Shown here piece after piece: positions 12,665-26,130 of a stretch of 64,000 nucleotides of DNA; positions within the stretch are counted from its first letter, which is position 1; each line of letters opens with the position of its first letter. The notes below the pieces were generated by a model. The model was not told where the DNA came from. It saw nothing but the letters and a program-made list of their open reading frames with translations, and did no database searches. The position numbers and the translations under genes are program-made. Source of the stretch: Veleropilina oligotropha (taxonomy: Eukaryota); assembly GCA_048128005.1 (NCBI GenBank), contig JBEUKZ010000123.1:1-64000 (forward strand), read 5' to 3'.

Positions 12665-14240
12665 ACATTAGATTAGTTTAAGCATATTTTCTTTGTAGAA
12701 ATGATCATGGTATAAATACAAAACATATATACAACAATTGGATAGCAGGCTACTGCCTATTTGGATCCTTTTGCTGTCTATTATACATGAAATAGCTGAC
12801 GATCATCGAATGGAAGTTAAGAAAGTATATACATTTATATTTACGCATATAACAAGTGAGTACAATATGAATACATTGATATAGCTATGTAGATCGTATA
12901 ATAAAAACTATGAGGCAAAGCGTTGTGTATGTTTTATGTATATTTGAACTTGTTTGAAAATGTCTTTGTTGGTGAATTCACTGTAGGATTGATTTCCGAA
13001 TAGGAGATTAGATATGGTTTGGATGCCGAATTGTCTGAAAAGAATATTACGTTGTTCAGTGTAATTGGTGCTTTACTATTAATAGTTAACCCTAAGTGCT
13101 TGTGACTATTTAAAATTGTAATAGGAATATTATTCATTTTGGTCTTAGGTATTATAGTATTATTACTTCTAGAAATGAAATGGCTAAACATTCAGTTTTA
13201 TTGGGATTGAATTTAATATGCCAAAGTTTGGACCATTGGTACAATTTTTCGATTTCATGATTTAAGTATTCAGTAATGTCTTAATTAGGTTTATGTGACA
13301 TAAACATCGAAGTATCGTCGGCAAAAAGACGCGTTTCCTATTCAATGGTGGTTGTTATATCATTAATAAATATTTAAAACAAGAGAGGTCCTAAAATAGA
13401 CCCCGGCGGAAGTGAAACCCCAAGTTGATAATTCGCCGTTGCATAATACTCTTTGACGTCTATCAAATAAATAATTTCCGAACCATTTCAGCAATTGATC
13501 AGTTCTACCAAACGACTCAAGCTTTATTAAGAGACCTCTGTGCCAAACCTTATCAAAAGCCTTGAAGACATCGCAAAATATAAAAGTTAAGCCATATCCT
13601 TTATCTAATTCCTATATAATTTTATTATATATTTCCAGTAGTTGGAATTCTGTTGAATGATTGGGCAAGAATCCAGCTTGATAGGGATATAATAAGCCGG
13701 TAGTTTTAACGTGGTTAAATACATATTTATATGTTACTTTGTCGAACACTGCCTAAATTACTTGTTAGTGAAATCGGTCTAAGGTCGTTTGGATTATTAG
13801 CACCTTGTTTCTTAGCAATTGGAATTACAGTTGAAGTTTTGCAGGATTTGGGAAATTGGCCGATATCGAGACTCTTTTGAAATAAAAATTTGAGTGGGGT
13901 TGATATAGAATTGACAAGTTTCCGCAATAAATTTGTACTTATTTTATCAGGGCCAGAAGCTTTATTTCGCTTTAAGCTGGGAATGCCGTCTTTGACATCT
14001 TGATCAGTAATTTGAATATTATCTAGAGTAAGGTTTGTTAAAGTATGAACTACCGGATGTTCCCCAGAATCATCATCTTTTGTAGAATTAGTTACAAAGC
14101 AGTCATTTAGAGCATTTGCCTTCTGATAATCGTTTTCTGAACACGTCTCTACTCCATCACACACGACGTTAATTGCTGGAATATGATTGTGCTTTGTGAT
14201 GTTATTTGAAGATTTGAATAGGTTCCACCAAGTTTTACCA
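12665..14240 (-). mobile_element. CR1-type LINE, 5'-truncated, with RT remnant, internal deletion and 3' UTR
   Basis: KASGPDKIS, RPISLTSNLG, KAFDKVWHRGL, GSILGPLLF, LFADDTS, HKHLGL, then C-terminal LLFGNQ...IFKQVQIYIKHTQRF* and a 3' hairpin at ~12740. Confidence 0.85.
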
Positions 14241-15135
14241 CGTTGGACTTGCAACAATACTTAGTCTAAATAGGTTAGCGTTAAGAAGGCTACAATTTCT
14301 CTTTAGTCGTGTGTGAATAATTGCCAATTTTCGATCTAGTTCATAATTAGTATGATGATAGTGATTTTTGATTTGGACAAGAAAGTACTTGATGAGTTTC
14401 TAACACTGGGTTCAAGATTATTCCAGTCATTAATAGTTCTTGGAAAAAACGATTTCTTATATGATTCTGTTCGCGTTAATGGAGCAGTTAACAGATCGCT
14501 ATTCCTTATGTTGTGTTGGTTGCGGTCACCACGACCTAGGGGAAGTAATATTCGGAGAAAGGATGATGTCCTGTTATTAATAATTTTATACATCATTGTT
14601 AGTCGTTTGTTGAGTCTTCTCAATTTTAATGGTAATACCAGTCTCGAGGTATAAACAATCATGCATGATGGCACCATTGGGGGAGTTCTGTTATGATTCT
14701 GAGGCAGTCACATTGGAGTTTTTCTAGTGACTCTGGTTCGTATTCGTAACAGTTGTCCCAGATAGTGGCTCCGTACTCGATTATTGGTCTAATAAAAGTT
14801 GAATACATTTGTTTGAGTGTTTCCCTACTGAGGTTGTATTTGTTTCGTCTAAGTATCCCAATTCGGCTTACAACTTTTTTCCTAACGTGTGAGAGATGGT
14901 CAGTCCATGTTGCTTTGCTATTGAATACAAGTCCGAGATGTTTGTGAGTTTGGACTACTGGAATTGGAATATTGTTCATATAAAGTTTAGATTCTGCTTG
15001 GTCGCGACCTCTAGATATGCGTAAACACTCTGTTTTTTCAGGGTTAAATTTAACCTTCCATATTCGTGACCATTTATAAAGTTTTTCGATTTCGGTATTC
15101 AGGTAATCTGATATGTCTTCATCGTGTCTGTGGGA
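14240..15135 (-). mobile_element. Second CR1-type LINE fragment (RT C-terminus and C-terminal domain)
   Basis: WKVKFNPEKT, HKHLGLVFNS, FIRPIIEYG, KKSFFPRTINDWNNL, IIHTRLKRNCSLLNANLFR. Confidence 0.85.
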
Positions 15136-16888
15136 AGTAAGCGGCTGATGACAGTATGATTAGCGGTCAATGTTTCAGCATGATATTTCAACATAGTGCA
15201 TGCCGCGTATCGGCAATTTTGCTGCATCAGACAACCATCGCGTTACCGTGAGGGTAATAACGTGGGTGAGTTCATCGTATATCCCGGGCTTTCGTCTGGC
15301 GATAATATGGACCTGTCACGATATGGACATACAGGTCAAGGGCGGCTGAAGGATTTTGAAAATGAGGTGGTCCTACTTTGAGGAAAATTTTGCCAATCAA
15401 TGATATGAAACACCCTCTCCTGCATTCTGACAGTGCAACCGCGATGTTCCTTGTCATTATTTATGAACCATTTTCACCAAACTGTATGAAAATCTTTCGT
15501 TTTGTTTCTACAAAGGAGGGCGGGATGCGTTCAAATATATATATTTATGCATATATATATATCTATGTTTATCAGATCGGATATGTCCTTATACTTGTGA
15601 TACTGAATGCGATATGACTGGAAAACTGACAAACCCGACAATTTCGCAGGAAGGATACACACTAGTATAATGTATTATATAAAAGTCAATATGTGAACAT
15701 ATTTTACTAGAAAAGTTGACGAAAGCCATTGTGATTGGCAACGAAAGTGGGCGTCCGAACTCCCCGAACCCCACACCGGATCCGCCCTAGCAGGTGTTAA
15801 TTCTGGACATCATACCTCATCTGTTTTGACCGTCGTGTAGAAACGGGTTATGACTGAATTTTAATGTTAGCCGAGACATTTGCATGAATCATTGTCAAAT
15901 CTGTACGTACCATTGACCAAGTGTCACTTCGAGGCTCATTGACTGATTACAATTAATTCATACGGAGACATTTTTGTATGACCTCTTTTTATTTATTGAA
16001 TGGCATGTCGATGTGTATTAATACTGCCATTTTTGTTGTTCCAAAGCACTGCTGCCCAATTGTATATCCAAAGCGAGCGATTTCATTAGATTTACCAATG
16101 AATAACAATAGTCCATGCATTATCAACACCCTTTTGTTGTGACAGGTGAGCGTTGAACAGATCAGAGATGCTTTGATCTCGATTCCGTAGACATCTACGT
16201 ACATAGCGAAATGCATTCAGTGATAACAACAATTAAATAGAGCAACGAGTTATTTGATCTAACGAAAAATAAAATCACAAAATATTTTTATTTACATTAA
16301 CTTACAACGTTTTACCGTTGTGAGAATATTACAATGAATGTTATAATAATTATTTAACAATTTATGCAGTAAGGACATTGGAATTTACAATAATACTCAT
16401 ACGCAGACGATGACCATAAGTCTGTTTAAAACACACAATAACAGATGTACAGTAAGCCATTGCAACATTAAGTAATATGAATAATACAAGAGTGGTAAGC
16501 CACTTGTGATTGTTAAAGTTAAATAGTGAGGAATTGACGTATATACAAATAGGCATTTAATTACATTAACGAAATACGATATGTACATTTTTTTTCAAAT
16601 CCACTTATTGATGTCCGTGAATCTAAACGAAATTCCGGTCTACAATCATCTATGAGACTATCAGTCATGTATCTTCCGACAATGTTGCAAGTCACTTGTA
16701 TGCATATGGTGGTCTTGACACAGAAATGTGGTAGCAGAAGGTTATATTATACTTTACCCAATGGGTTCGCATCAGAACATCTGTCTTTTTATATACTCAT
16801 TTTCCTGTGATCTCATCCATCTCTTCACGTTATTGTTATCAAAACACACCATATTTAACATATTTAAGACAACATATAACTTGCATAA

Positions 16889-19800
16889 TCAAGAAATGTG
16901 CTCGTTTGTCACAATCTGCACCAGATTTTGACGATACACCACAGAGGAATGGGACCATCCTTCTCTGCTACTACCTTGCTGATTGTTAGTATTCGGTTCC
17001 TGTTGGGATCCGCGAGCGTGTGGTACAATTCGAGGACTGACAAAACCGATACCTGGACGAACTAAATTTGCTGGGTTGTTGATAGCATTGGCAAAAGGAG
17101 AAGGGTTTTGACTGATGCCACCACTAATGGTGGAAAAATCCCGGTTGTGCATGTTCCACATGAACCTCGGATCTTGATGTGGCCTCTGCGATGACATGCA
17201 CACGATCTGATTTTGGTATATCTGACGTTGCTTGACGTAGCGGTCGTTGAAGTTATTACTGTTGAAGTCTTGCGAGCCATATTGAATCATTGCCTGTGGC
17301 GCTAGCATATGACGAGCTTGATATCGAATTACGTTATTTATATTTGGATATTGTACTATACCTGGCGGCACATTCAGTAGTTGTCGTTGTCCATCTACGG
17401 ATGACATAAGTCGATATGGAGTTGAATGGACGTTCGAATCTACGTGTGCATCGCTAAGGTGCCATGCGCCCGTCAATGGATTAATTTCAGACAATGGAAT
17501 TGACCTTCGGGAATGTGGGGTCAGATTGTTGGCGGTCAACTGCATAGACGACGGTGGTTGCAGCTTTGGCATGCAGGTGAGGATCGGACTCGGATGTCGA
17601 AGTGAATATTTGTTCCGGCTGATTCTCGATGGACTAGGTGGTACATGTTCTATATTGGAAATTGATGGAACAGATTGGGAATTCTTTGACATTCCATTAG
17701 ATACGATCTCTGGAATCTGTTGAGAAGGAGATGGATTTGTCAGAACATTTGATGGAAGAACATATTCTGGAGTTTGTGGCTTCGCAGTTTTTGTGACAAC
17801 AGGAACAAGTTGCTGCGGTTTGGGTTTTGTCGGACTTCGGATTGATCTTCTAGGTGGTGAATGTTCTGGTCTTTCCATATGCACATCTGAAGAGTCATAT
17901 TGTTGAGGACACGAATTTTCCTTATTGGTGATAGGCAAAATTAACTTTTCTGGATTCTCACTTTTGACGATAACTGTAACAGAAGACTTTACTTTTGATA
18001 TTTCTGTCCTACTAATCGCTGGCTCATCTCTTTGGCCGCAATCGTTTGCTGATTTGCTGTTTCCTCTGCCAGCTATATGAGCTTCAGACTCATCCATATT
18101 GGCAACTGTTGGAGTCGATTTTCTCGGCTGGGGCATATTGGTGATTGGTGGATGCAGCTTTTCTCTAGCTGCTAGAGACGCGACACATTTCTGGATCTGC
18201 CACTTTTCCTTTTTCCCAACGTTTGGAACAGCTTGTTCAGCACTGTTCGGTTGAACGCATTGTATCGATTTTATTTTAGCAATATTTGCGACCAACTTTT
18301 CTACCGTGGATATCCTTGTATTTTGGTGAGATTTTGTCGTAGTTTGTATTTGTGGAGTTGATCGCGATTTTTGTAACCCTTCCTTGCTAGCAATCGAAAG
18401 TGACGGTCGACTTCGCGATTTATCCTTCATCGTGACTGGCGGAGTAGGTTGCGCACACAGCGATGGCGTCTTTGCGATTTTCGTGATCGGTTGAGCATTT
18501 AGGTGTTTAGGAGACTGTGTCATCTTGCGATCGGAACGAACATTGGTTCTAGTCATCACAATTGTATTTTCTTGCGTAATAGTTGCTTGAAGGCGATTTG
18601 CCTTTTGTTGCAGATGTTCTGATGTTTCTGAACACTGAGAAAAGAAATGTAGTTAATTGGCAGGTGCTGTTCTTCGAACGCAACATGAGTGGGTTTGTAT
18701 ATTGACTGAATAATTATGTAGATGAGGCTATGTCTAAATAGTTTTTATCCAACATGATAATATGTCATACAATATATGTCAATGCAATTTGATAACATTT
18801 GCATTCACTGTGTATGTTTGAAATATTTAATTGGCACGCATTGTTTTAATTAACATGTTATTTGTTAATCAGCATGGGTGGATTTTTAATTTGACTAACT
18901 ATGCATATTACATGCAATGCAGAAGTGTTTATGATATCATCAAGGGGTAATTTTGAAAATAATACTGTTAATGGAATGTTGGTAACGCTAGAAAAAGTTT
19001 TATCATATTTCATCGAAAAGGTATATATATATACTTAGTATTTGGTCAGATTAGGTAGCTAAGACTACACAATGTCATGTATGTCAATAATAGCTTCATC
19101 TTTTTATCAGTTATTTATATTCTCAGTGATCCGAATGCAGATAATAGTTTTGCCATTTTCAAACGTTTATACTTTTTATGCAAACGATCATCTGGTTTTA
19201 CCTTGTGGCCGTTTGGCGATACATGGACAGCTGGATTTAAACAACTTTGATTGGTGCTTTCAGCGTTGGTGTTTGTGGTACATGGTGCATACGGCACCGA
19301 CATGCTGGCACTTTCATTCAAGGTAGTGACTTTGTTATTGCTTTTTTTCACAGAAGGCAAAGGTACTTCCGGTGATCGTCTGTTTGTCTTTGAATCGCAT
19401 TTTCTGTAAGAAGAATATATATGAATTAAAGATTCTTAAAAATAATATTGTTATAATGCGAATGAAACGCAGTATTGTCTCCTGAGAAAAAATAATTGAC
19501 AATTATATTTTCTTCAATTTAGTATATACGAGGCTGTGATATACTACAGAATCAGAGACGTGTGTCTGGAATTTTCCCTATGAAATCGTTTTCGAAATAC
19601 TAAATGTCACATATTGTCATTACTTAAAGTTGGTTGTTTTGATTAAGACTAATAAAAGATTAATTGTTGGCGTGGTTGTTAGACACCTAGCACCCATCAA
19701 CCTCATTATTAATAGCAACAGCAGCGGAGCAGATATTTTCAAAGTACATTCATACAACGCTCCGGTAGCCGTGCGCTCTTGAGAACAGACTCTTCAGTAG

Positions 19801-22800
19801 TCCTGTGCTCGCGAGTATACTGACTCTGAAATCACTGGCTTGACTGCTCTGACTAACAGGAGTGCGTTCAAACATCGTTTGGGACAAGAGCATTCTTTGA
19901 TCAGTTACCAATCATAATTATAGTTATCCGTAACTGGCCTCTCCGTTCGATCGGGCTTTCCTACGCAATAACATGGGCATGTCCTGGTTTGAACCTGAAG
20001 GTTGTAATATACTGGACATAAAGCATCGATCGAATTCATTCCAACGGATTAAAGAACACCCATAAAGAAAAACTGTCGAAATAATTTGTCTTCAGTTGAA
20101 CTAATGTACAGATCTGGGTAGTAATCATATTTTCGCAAATACACACATACTCACACAATGTTATTACTCAGCGTAGAGGCTTTGCTGGGTTGTTTCCTAT
20201 CTCCCCTGTTCATTATGGTGGGTATGTTGAATGTTAACGTGGGTTTATCTAGCGCTGTTGTATGTGGTCGACCTACTAATGTGGGAATTTTATAAATGAC
20301 ATCAGAGTTTGTTGAACTAATATTTCTTGAATCGTTGTCTGCATCACATATTGTTTCTTGTTTCGATATATTTAATTTTGTATCTGCTGCAATCGTTTCG
20401 CATTCACTCCTTTTATTTGAACTTTCCATGGATTCGGTTCCAATGGACATTTTCGATTTGTCTTTATCATTGTGTATGTACACGTTTGGCACTAAAACAT
20501 TATCGCCATTTCCTCTTTCGAATTTGAAACTTTTAGTTTCGTCCCCAACATTTTGTAAAGGTCTTGTTACTGATTCATTTCTGCCACTGGGTACAGATTT
20601 TGTTTCCGTAGACTTTTGATCTACTATCTTGTAATCTGTGATATTCTTAGAATCATATAATGTGTCACTGTTATTGTTATGCCATATTTGACGAACGATA
20701 GACGATGTTATATTATGGAAGAGATTTCGGCAAATTTCGGTTCCATCATCATCGACTCGTGTCGGTGAAAATGGTCTTCGATTAAAATCGGGTAATGACG
20801 TACATCCACGAACGGACAACGATGACAAGGAAGACTTGGGAACGCCAGTTCCTTTAATAAGGCGATGTAAATGAGACGTGTGCCTGTGGTATATATCCTC
20901 GAATAAACCTGGAACATCTGCAACGTCTTGGATTATGCTGGTGTTATACATTGGTAATTCATCGACCTTACGTTCAGATGATGTACGAATGTTCAAAAGT
21001 CCATCAAATGTCCTGCAGCAAAAAGGAGAAAATGTGATAGTTCGTTAACATATTTTGTGAATATATAATTATTCATTGTACAGTACCTGCAGTTTTTTTC
21101 AATGCTAATGACCGTGTTGCTCACACAGGGTCAGATTGACGAAACCGGTCGAAACCATTTAAAAGCTAACAGTCATAGGGATCCTTAACAGACCATCTGT
21201 TACCGGACAACCCGTGCTCTTTTCCAAATATAATGCGGACAAGCCTTGAATTAATCCTATTTGAAGTTAAATGGAAGAATACAACAAATACACGCAAAGT
21301 GTGTTCTTATATAATCGAGAGAGTCACGATTATGATATATATCTATTGCTGAAAATTCATTAAGCACAAGCAAATTTTATTTACCTTAATATTTCGGTTA
21401 ATATGGGCTTCAAACATCATCAGAATCATGACCTATAGCACAATATGTAATACTGAACAAGACCTCATTCAAAATGTTCTGCTACCCATACAAAGTATTC
21501 AACACCAACCGTCGTAACGAAATATGTCAAGACAACAGATAAATAGACAAATAGTTGTCCTACCTTACACACGATGGGTCTACTATTGGCTACAAAGTAG
21601 ACAGAATTTACAAAGAAGCGCAGCACCAGTCTTGTGTCCACGCCAACGGTCATATAATTATTTAGTTGCACCAAAAGACTTTGAAAGACAAAGTCTTTAT
21701 AAGGAAAATATTTTGAAACTGCCTAGACATTCCTGTCTTTTACATTGGTGAGTCTGTGAAGCAACTAAATACCATGATAGATTATACCATTCCAAATCCC
21801 CTCCAGATGGCAATAACGCTTTCACTATTCAAAACATTTTCTCATCAACCGTCATGTCAAGGTTTAAAGGAGTTGCTGTGACTGTCACAATGCGCATATC
21901 CCTCCCTACCTTTAGGGCCGAGTTCCCACAAATGCTAGTGTGCTACGTAACGAAAACAACATGACAAAATCACTTGCAACATAAAACAAGTTCACGTTAT
22001 GTGAAATTCAAAAACTATTTTAGGATAATGGTTGCTTGAACCTGTGGTTTGAGAAATATAACACATTCTTACAATCTGGGGTCAAATGGATTGTTGTAAA
22101 ACACGCTTGATAGTGGTCTGTCCTTACGCCCGTATCCAACGGTTTTAACGTCATTCCAATAGGCCTGAGATCGCTGAAAAGCAGACAAACAAATGCGATA
22201 TTTTATCCTACTAAAAAATCGTCGAGATAAACTTTTAATTAATTTGAAAAACATTTTATTAATCTAGACGTTAATTTCACTACTGCATGTGTATTAACAT
22301 GCATAATTTCACTTATTCATTGTTTAGTGATTATTATTATTCTCTCATAACTCACAGTTCCTCAATTAGGCCTACAACACCAGAAATCGACTGGATCCAG
22401 CAATACAATATCATTCAAAAACCATTTACAATCGAAGTATTTTATGTAAAATGCCTTAATTGTGGGGAAAATTGCCACACTGTGTGAAAACTAAAAAGAT
22501 TAAAAAAACCTTTACAACTGAATTATTGAGCATTAAACTTAGCAGCTATTAAAGTATATATTTAACATATATCATAGACATCTTATAAAAAGTGTAGGAT
22601 TTCCTACTAGGATTACATTACTACAAACTAGTAACTATGCATGGAAGTTACTCAAACAGTATTTAACTTGAAATATTATACGCACATCATACTCATAAGC
22701 ACCACTTGTTCATACACGCGCACGCACGCTTTACAAATGTCATAACACTAAGATTAAAGCATACGTTATAAGGGCGATAGTACCCTGATGGGAACAGTCA

Positions 22801-23941
22801 ACTTCTGACTCCACTATCGTCCTGCCTCTCTATGTAATACATTATTAATTATTATGTTTCTTTGTACTGTACATATTTATTCTTCTCTATGCCATACATT
22901 ATTAATTATTATGTTTCTTTGTACTGTACATAATATGTATTATAATAGAGAAGGTAAATAAATATCTATCTATCTAGTGATAATAATATATTATAATTAT
23001 TGAATAACTCAAACGAATACATTGCATTTAAAAATTATGATAAGCTTAAACACGATGTGTGTATTTGTATTATATATACCTCATTTTTGCATTCTATTAC
23101 TTCATTTTCTTGCGAGACCGGATTCAGAGGTTCGTACCAACAATCTGGTCTGAAAGCAATATAAACATGGCCAATTGACATACAAATATCTATTATTTGT
23201 TTCATCCAATTTTGCTGAGTTACTTATCTGTCATTATGCCCTAAATGTGTGTGTGGTTTGCAACTCAAAATAGAAAGCATGATAACGCATTAAAATTAAC
23301 AGTGTGCAATAAACGAAGTTGGTTAAAATTGGCCAAACAACATGGACATCGTAATCTATTTTTTCTCCTTTATAAATTATAATAACGGTTTGTTAGCTGA
23401 AATTATTATTCGTGTAGGCCTATGCATAGACCACGTGTATTTCAAGTAAAACTAAATGTACTCACAAGTAAAATATTGAATCTTCATCTTTGATGTCGAT
23501 GCCGAGTGGACGAACGGTTTTCTTTTCATTTCCTTGATACCTCCTTTTCTTATCGCTGCTATGGTCAAGTGCAAATCTGACCTTTTTTCGCTTTCTTTGT
23601 CGCTTGGTTCTCGGAACATACGCAAACTCGTTGGCTTTTAGCTCGATACATGCGAGAATATCGGTAGTTGTAAATTGTTGAAACCTATCATAGACTCTGT
23701 GATATTGCGCGTGAATTCGCCGGCAAGTCTCTGCAAACGGATCTCGTTTTTCTGCAAACCAAACCGAGTCTGCTAAGAGATTCAAATTTGTCAATGCGAT
23801 TTCTGGATAGTTATAGTCGTCATTTGTCTCAGTCGGAATGTCTTCATCAACTGAATTTTCAAAGAGAAATACTTCAGGAAAGACATTATCGACCACGTCG
23901 TGTTCAACATCACATTGCTCTTCAGCTGACTTAATCGTCAT
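16889..23941 (-). CDS. Uncharacterised ~1150-aa protein; exons 23941-23466, 23149-23080, 22173-22073, 21012-20155, 19403-19202, 18634-16889
   Basis: Six exons join by GT-AG introns with matching phases (2,0,2,2,0) into one 3453-nt open frame. It has a basic RQRKRKKVRF...KKRR stretch, an S/T/P/K-rich middle and a Q/N/P-rich C-terminus. No domain recognised. Confidence 0.8.
19757..20030 (+). mobile_element. SINE family A copy in an intron of the uncharacterised gene
   Basis: gactctgaaatcactggcttga...ggacataaagcatcgatc body. Confidence 0.7.
22770..22976 (+). mobile_element. Probable LINE 3' end with stem-loop and (TATC)n tail; internal ~57-bp tandem duplication
   Basis: agggcgatagt...actatcgtcct stem, aataaa then tatctatctatc; duplicated atacattattaattattatgtttctttgtactgtacat. 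Confidence 0.4.
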
Positions 23942-24000
23942 TATTTCGATCAGATATGGTCAATGGAGGTTGACCATGCATTGTTTATTAACGGATTGTG

Positions 24001-24152
24001 TTACTAACGTAAGACTTGCTATTGCAACAACACGTTACTAAGACAAGACTTGCTATCACAACTACACGTGTTACTGACGCAAACGTTGTTAAATTTCGTG
24101 ACGTCACATCGTCTGGCAGCATGACGTCACACCGTCGGACAGCATGACATCA
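24001..24152. repeat. Two short tandem arrays (34-bp x2.5; 23-bp x3 containing TGACGTCA)
   Basis: ttactaacgtaagacttgctattgcaacaacacg units, then tgacgtcacatcgtctggcagca units. Confidence 0.75.
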
Positions 24153-24949
24153 TTTTTATTGAACGTCAAAATTTAATAATATCACATGACCAATGCAAAC
24201 ATCTCTGTAAAATTATATACGTAATATGTGTGAGTAAATAATTGGCTCAGAAGCAAATTTTCATGTGAGAAGATAATTTTCGTGTGGGTTAATTTGAGCT
24301 CCAGTCATATGAACACGTGTGTTAAGAGATCACTTTCGAAATAAATTTAATGTTTTCGTGCATTGTGCTCCATGTGAAACCTCATATCATGAATTCCACC
24401 GTGATGGAATTATAATTGGTGATGTATTTGGTAGCTATGAGTTCATATAACTATATGAACAACCCAATCAATATAACATGACCATATATTAATAATAAAG
24501 GGATCTCTCAGAGTACATTTTGCTTGAACAGTTATTTATTTTACTGAGGTCCCAAATACATTCACAGGGAATTGGAGGAGTCCGTGACGGAATTACATTT
24601 TGTGACAATTACATTGTATCTAGTAGTTTGGAATACCGTGAGTTTATCATAAATATGTTATATTAACTTTCCATCCATTTTATGATTAGCTTGACCATGG
24701 TCCAAACTCGAGTGACAGAATTACAAACTAGAATGTGATGGAATTACAGTGCAGAATTCCGTCACGTTATGATGGTAAACTATATGAAAATAGAAGGGTT
24801 CCAACTGCCATGATTTTATTATCAGAACAATGGACAACGAGTTAAGTAACATGTCTAAATGAACAACAAATCAATCCGATGACCGAATAAATATATAAAT
24901 CACCAGAAACTATTGCTTGGTCTAACATGTAGAATATGGACAAAACAAC

Positions 24950-25605
24950 AACAAAACAAACCAATATTGCATACCCTCGCCCCGATGACAAAAAACACAT
25001 GATGAAAGCCAGAAATCACTACAACTAATACGCATGTATTAACTATTATATGACACTACATAATTATTTACTTTTTTATCAATGTTTTTCGCTCTTAGAA
25101 CGTGACACAGGACGCGATCTGGATCACGTGATAAAGTAGACTTTTCTACTTTATCACGTTCTTGGATTTCTAAGGAACCACTAAAACAGGAAATGCCATC
25201 ATAACCAAGTCTACCAAAAGCATTAAAAATTTCTAATTCCATTCAAATTGTGGAAGCTAAATATTTGACAAACATGTAGTTCATCATCCCCCCCCCCCCC
25301 CACCCCCTGACAGTCATCTTGTTTAAAGTAGATCCCAGATAAATCACCATGTCACTGTCCAATAAGCGAAACTAGGCCCAATTTGAAGATTGCACGATGA
25401 ATATATTGAAGGCTAGAGCGAAAAATCCGTAAACTGGATATGAAGTCATGAAATCCGGATCGTCTTCGAGCCAAAGGTACACCATATCTTGTGTAAACAT
25501 TTCGTGTAAATAAAATCAATATTTCTGGAGTTATACGAATGGACATTTATATACTGCGAAGTCTATTGCAATACTCTCTCTCCTCCAGAGGCGAGGGTAA
25601 CAATA
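24950..25605 (-). mobile_element. HINE-like element nested in the Sola-like transposon
   Basis: Sub-TIR ataccctcgcc (24971) / ggcgagggtaa (25590) with adjacent hairpin. Confidence 0.45.
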
Positions 25606-25634
25606 TTATTTGCAAAGAACGTTAAAGAATTAGC

Positions 25635-25945
25635 CTATAATAAATATTCGTCACAGACGAAGTCTTTATAGTTCTTCCCATAAACACCCGCACAGGTCAT
25701 GTGAAACCAGGTATCGCACAAGGGACACTCAACCCATGGTTCACCGTCTGCTGGATCGTCATCGTAATAATTTTCGGAGCAATGACCACAAACATTCGAC
25801 GGATCATTTCTCGCTGGCTTTGTTTTCTTCCATCGACTTGTCGATTTATGCATTTTCACTCTCTTTTTCGATGGCATCCTTACTTCGGTGTTTGACAACG
25901 TTTCTACGAACACTGATGGAATGTTGGCGTCTGGAGTGACACCAC
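25635..25945 (-). pseudogene. PHD-finger coding segment inside the Sola-like element
   Basis: CGHC...WVECPLCDTWFHMTC...FVCDEY fits C4HC3 PHD with the last Cys replaced by Tyr. Confidence 0.75.
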
Positions 25946-25974
25946 CAGAAAATATATTATTTGAAGCATGTACA

Positions 25975-26130
25975 AAATCTACATTTTTCTAGCGTGTCTC
26001 CCATGAAATATAAGAAATTGTGATATTATTTTTATCAATTAAGATAAACATTTTTAATTGACAAAATTACCTCACAATTTCTTCATTATTCTTAAATTTC
26101 ATGGGAGACACGCATGAAAAATCTAGAAAA
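25975..26130. repeat. Imperfect long palindrome (hairpin element)
   Basis: gcgtgtctcccatgaaat...atttcatgggagacacgc, with inner attgtga/tcacaat arms. Confidence 0.7.

Noticed and set aside
21385..21432. Possible extra 48-nt minus-strand exon (VMILMMFEAHINRNIK) in the orphan gene
   Set aside because: Open only in phase 0, while the surrounding intron is phase 2, where it contains a stop.
23960..23962. In-frame TGA upstream of the orphan ATG as selenocysteine or readthrough
   Set aside because: The upstream frame is short, no redox motif or SECIS was seen, and a simple uORF is more parsimonious.
24001..24152. CRISPR-like short repeats (also 11262-11327)
   Set aside because: Direct tandem units with no unique spacers, eukaryotic context, no cas genes.
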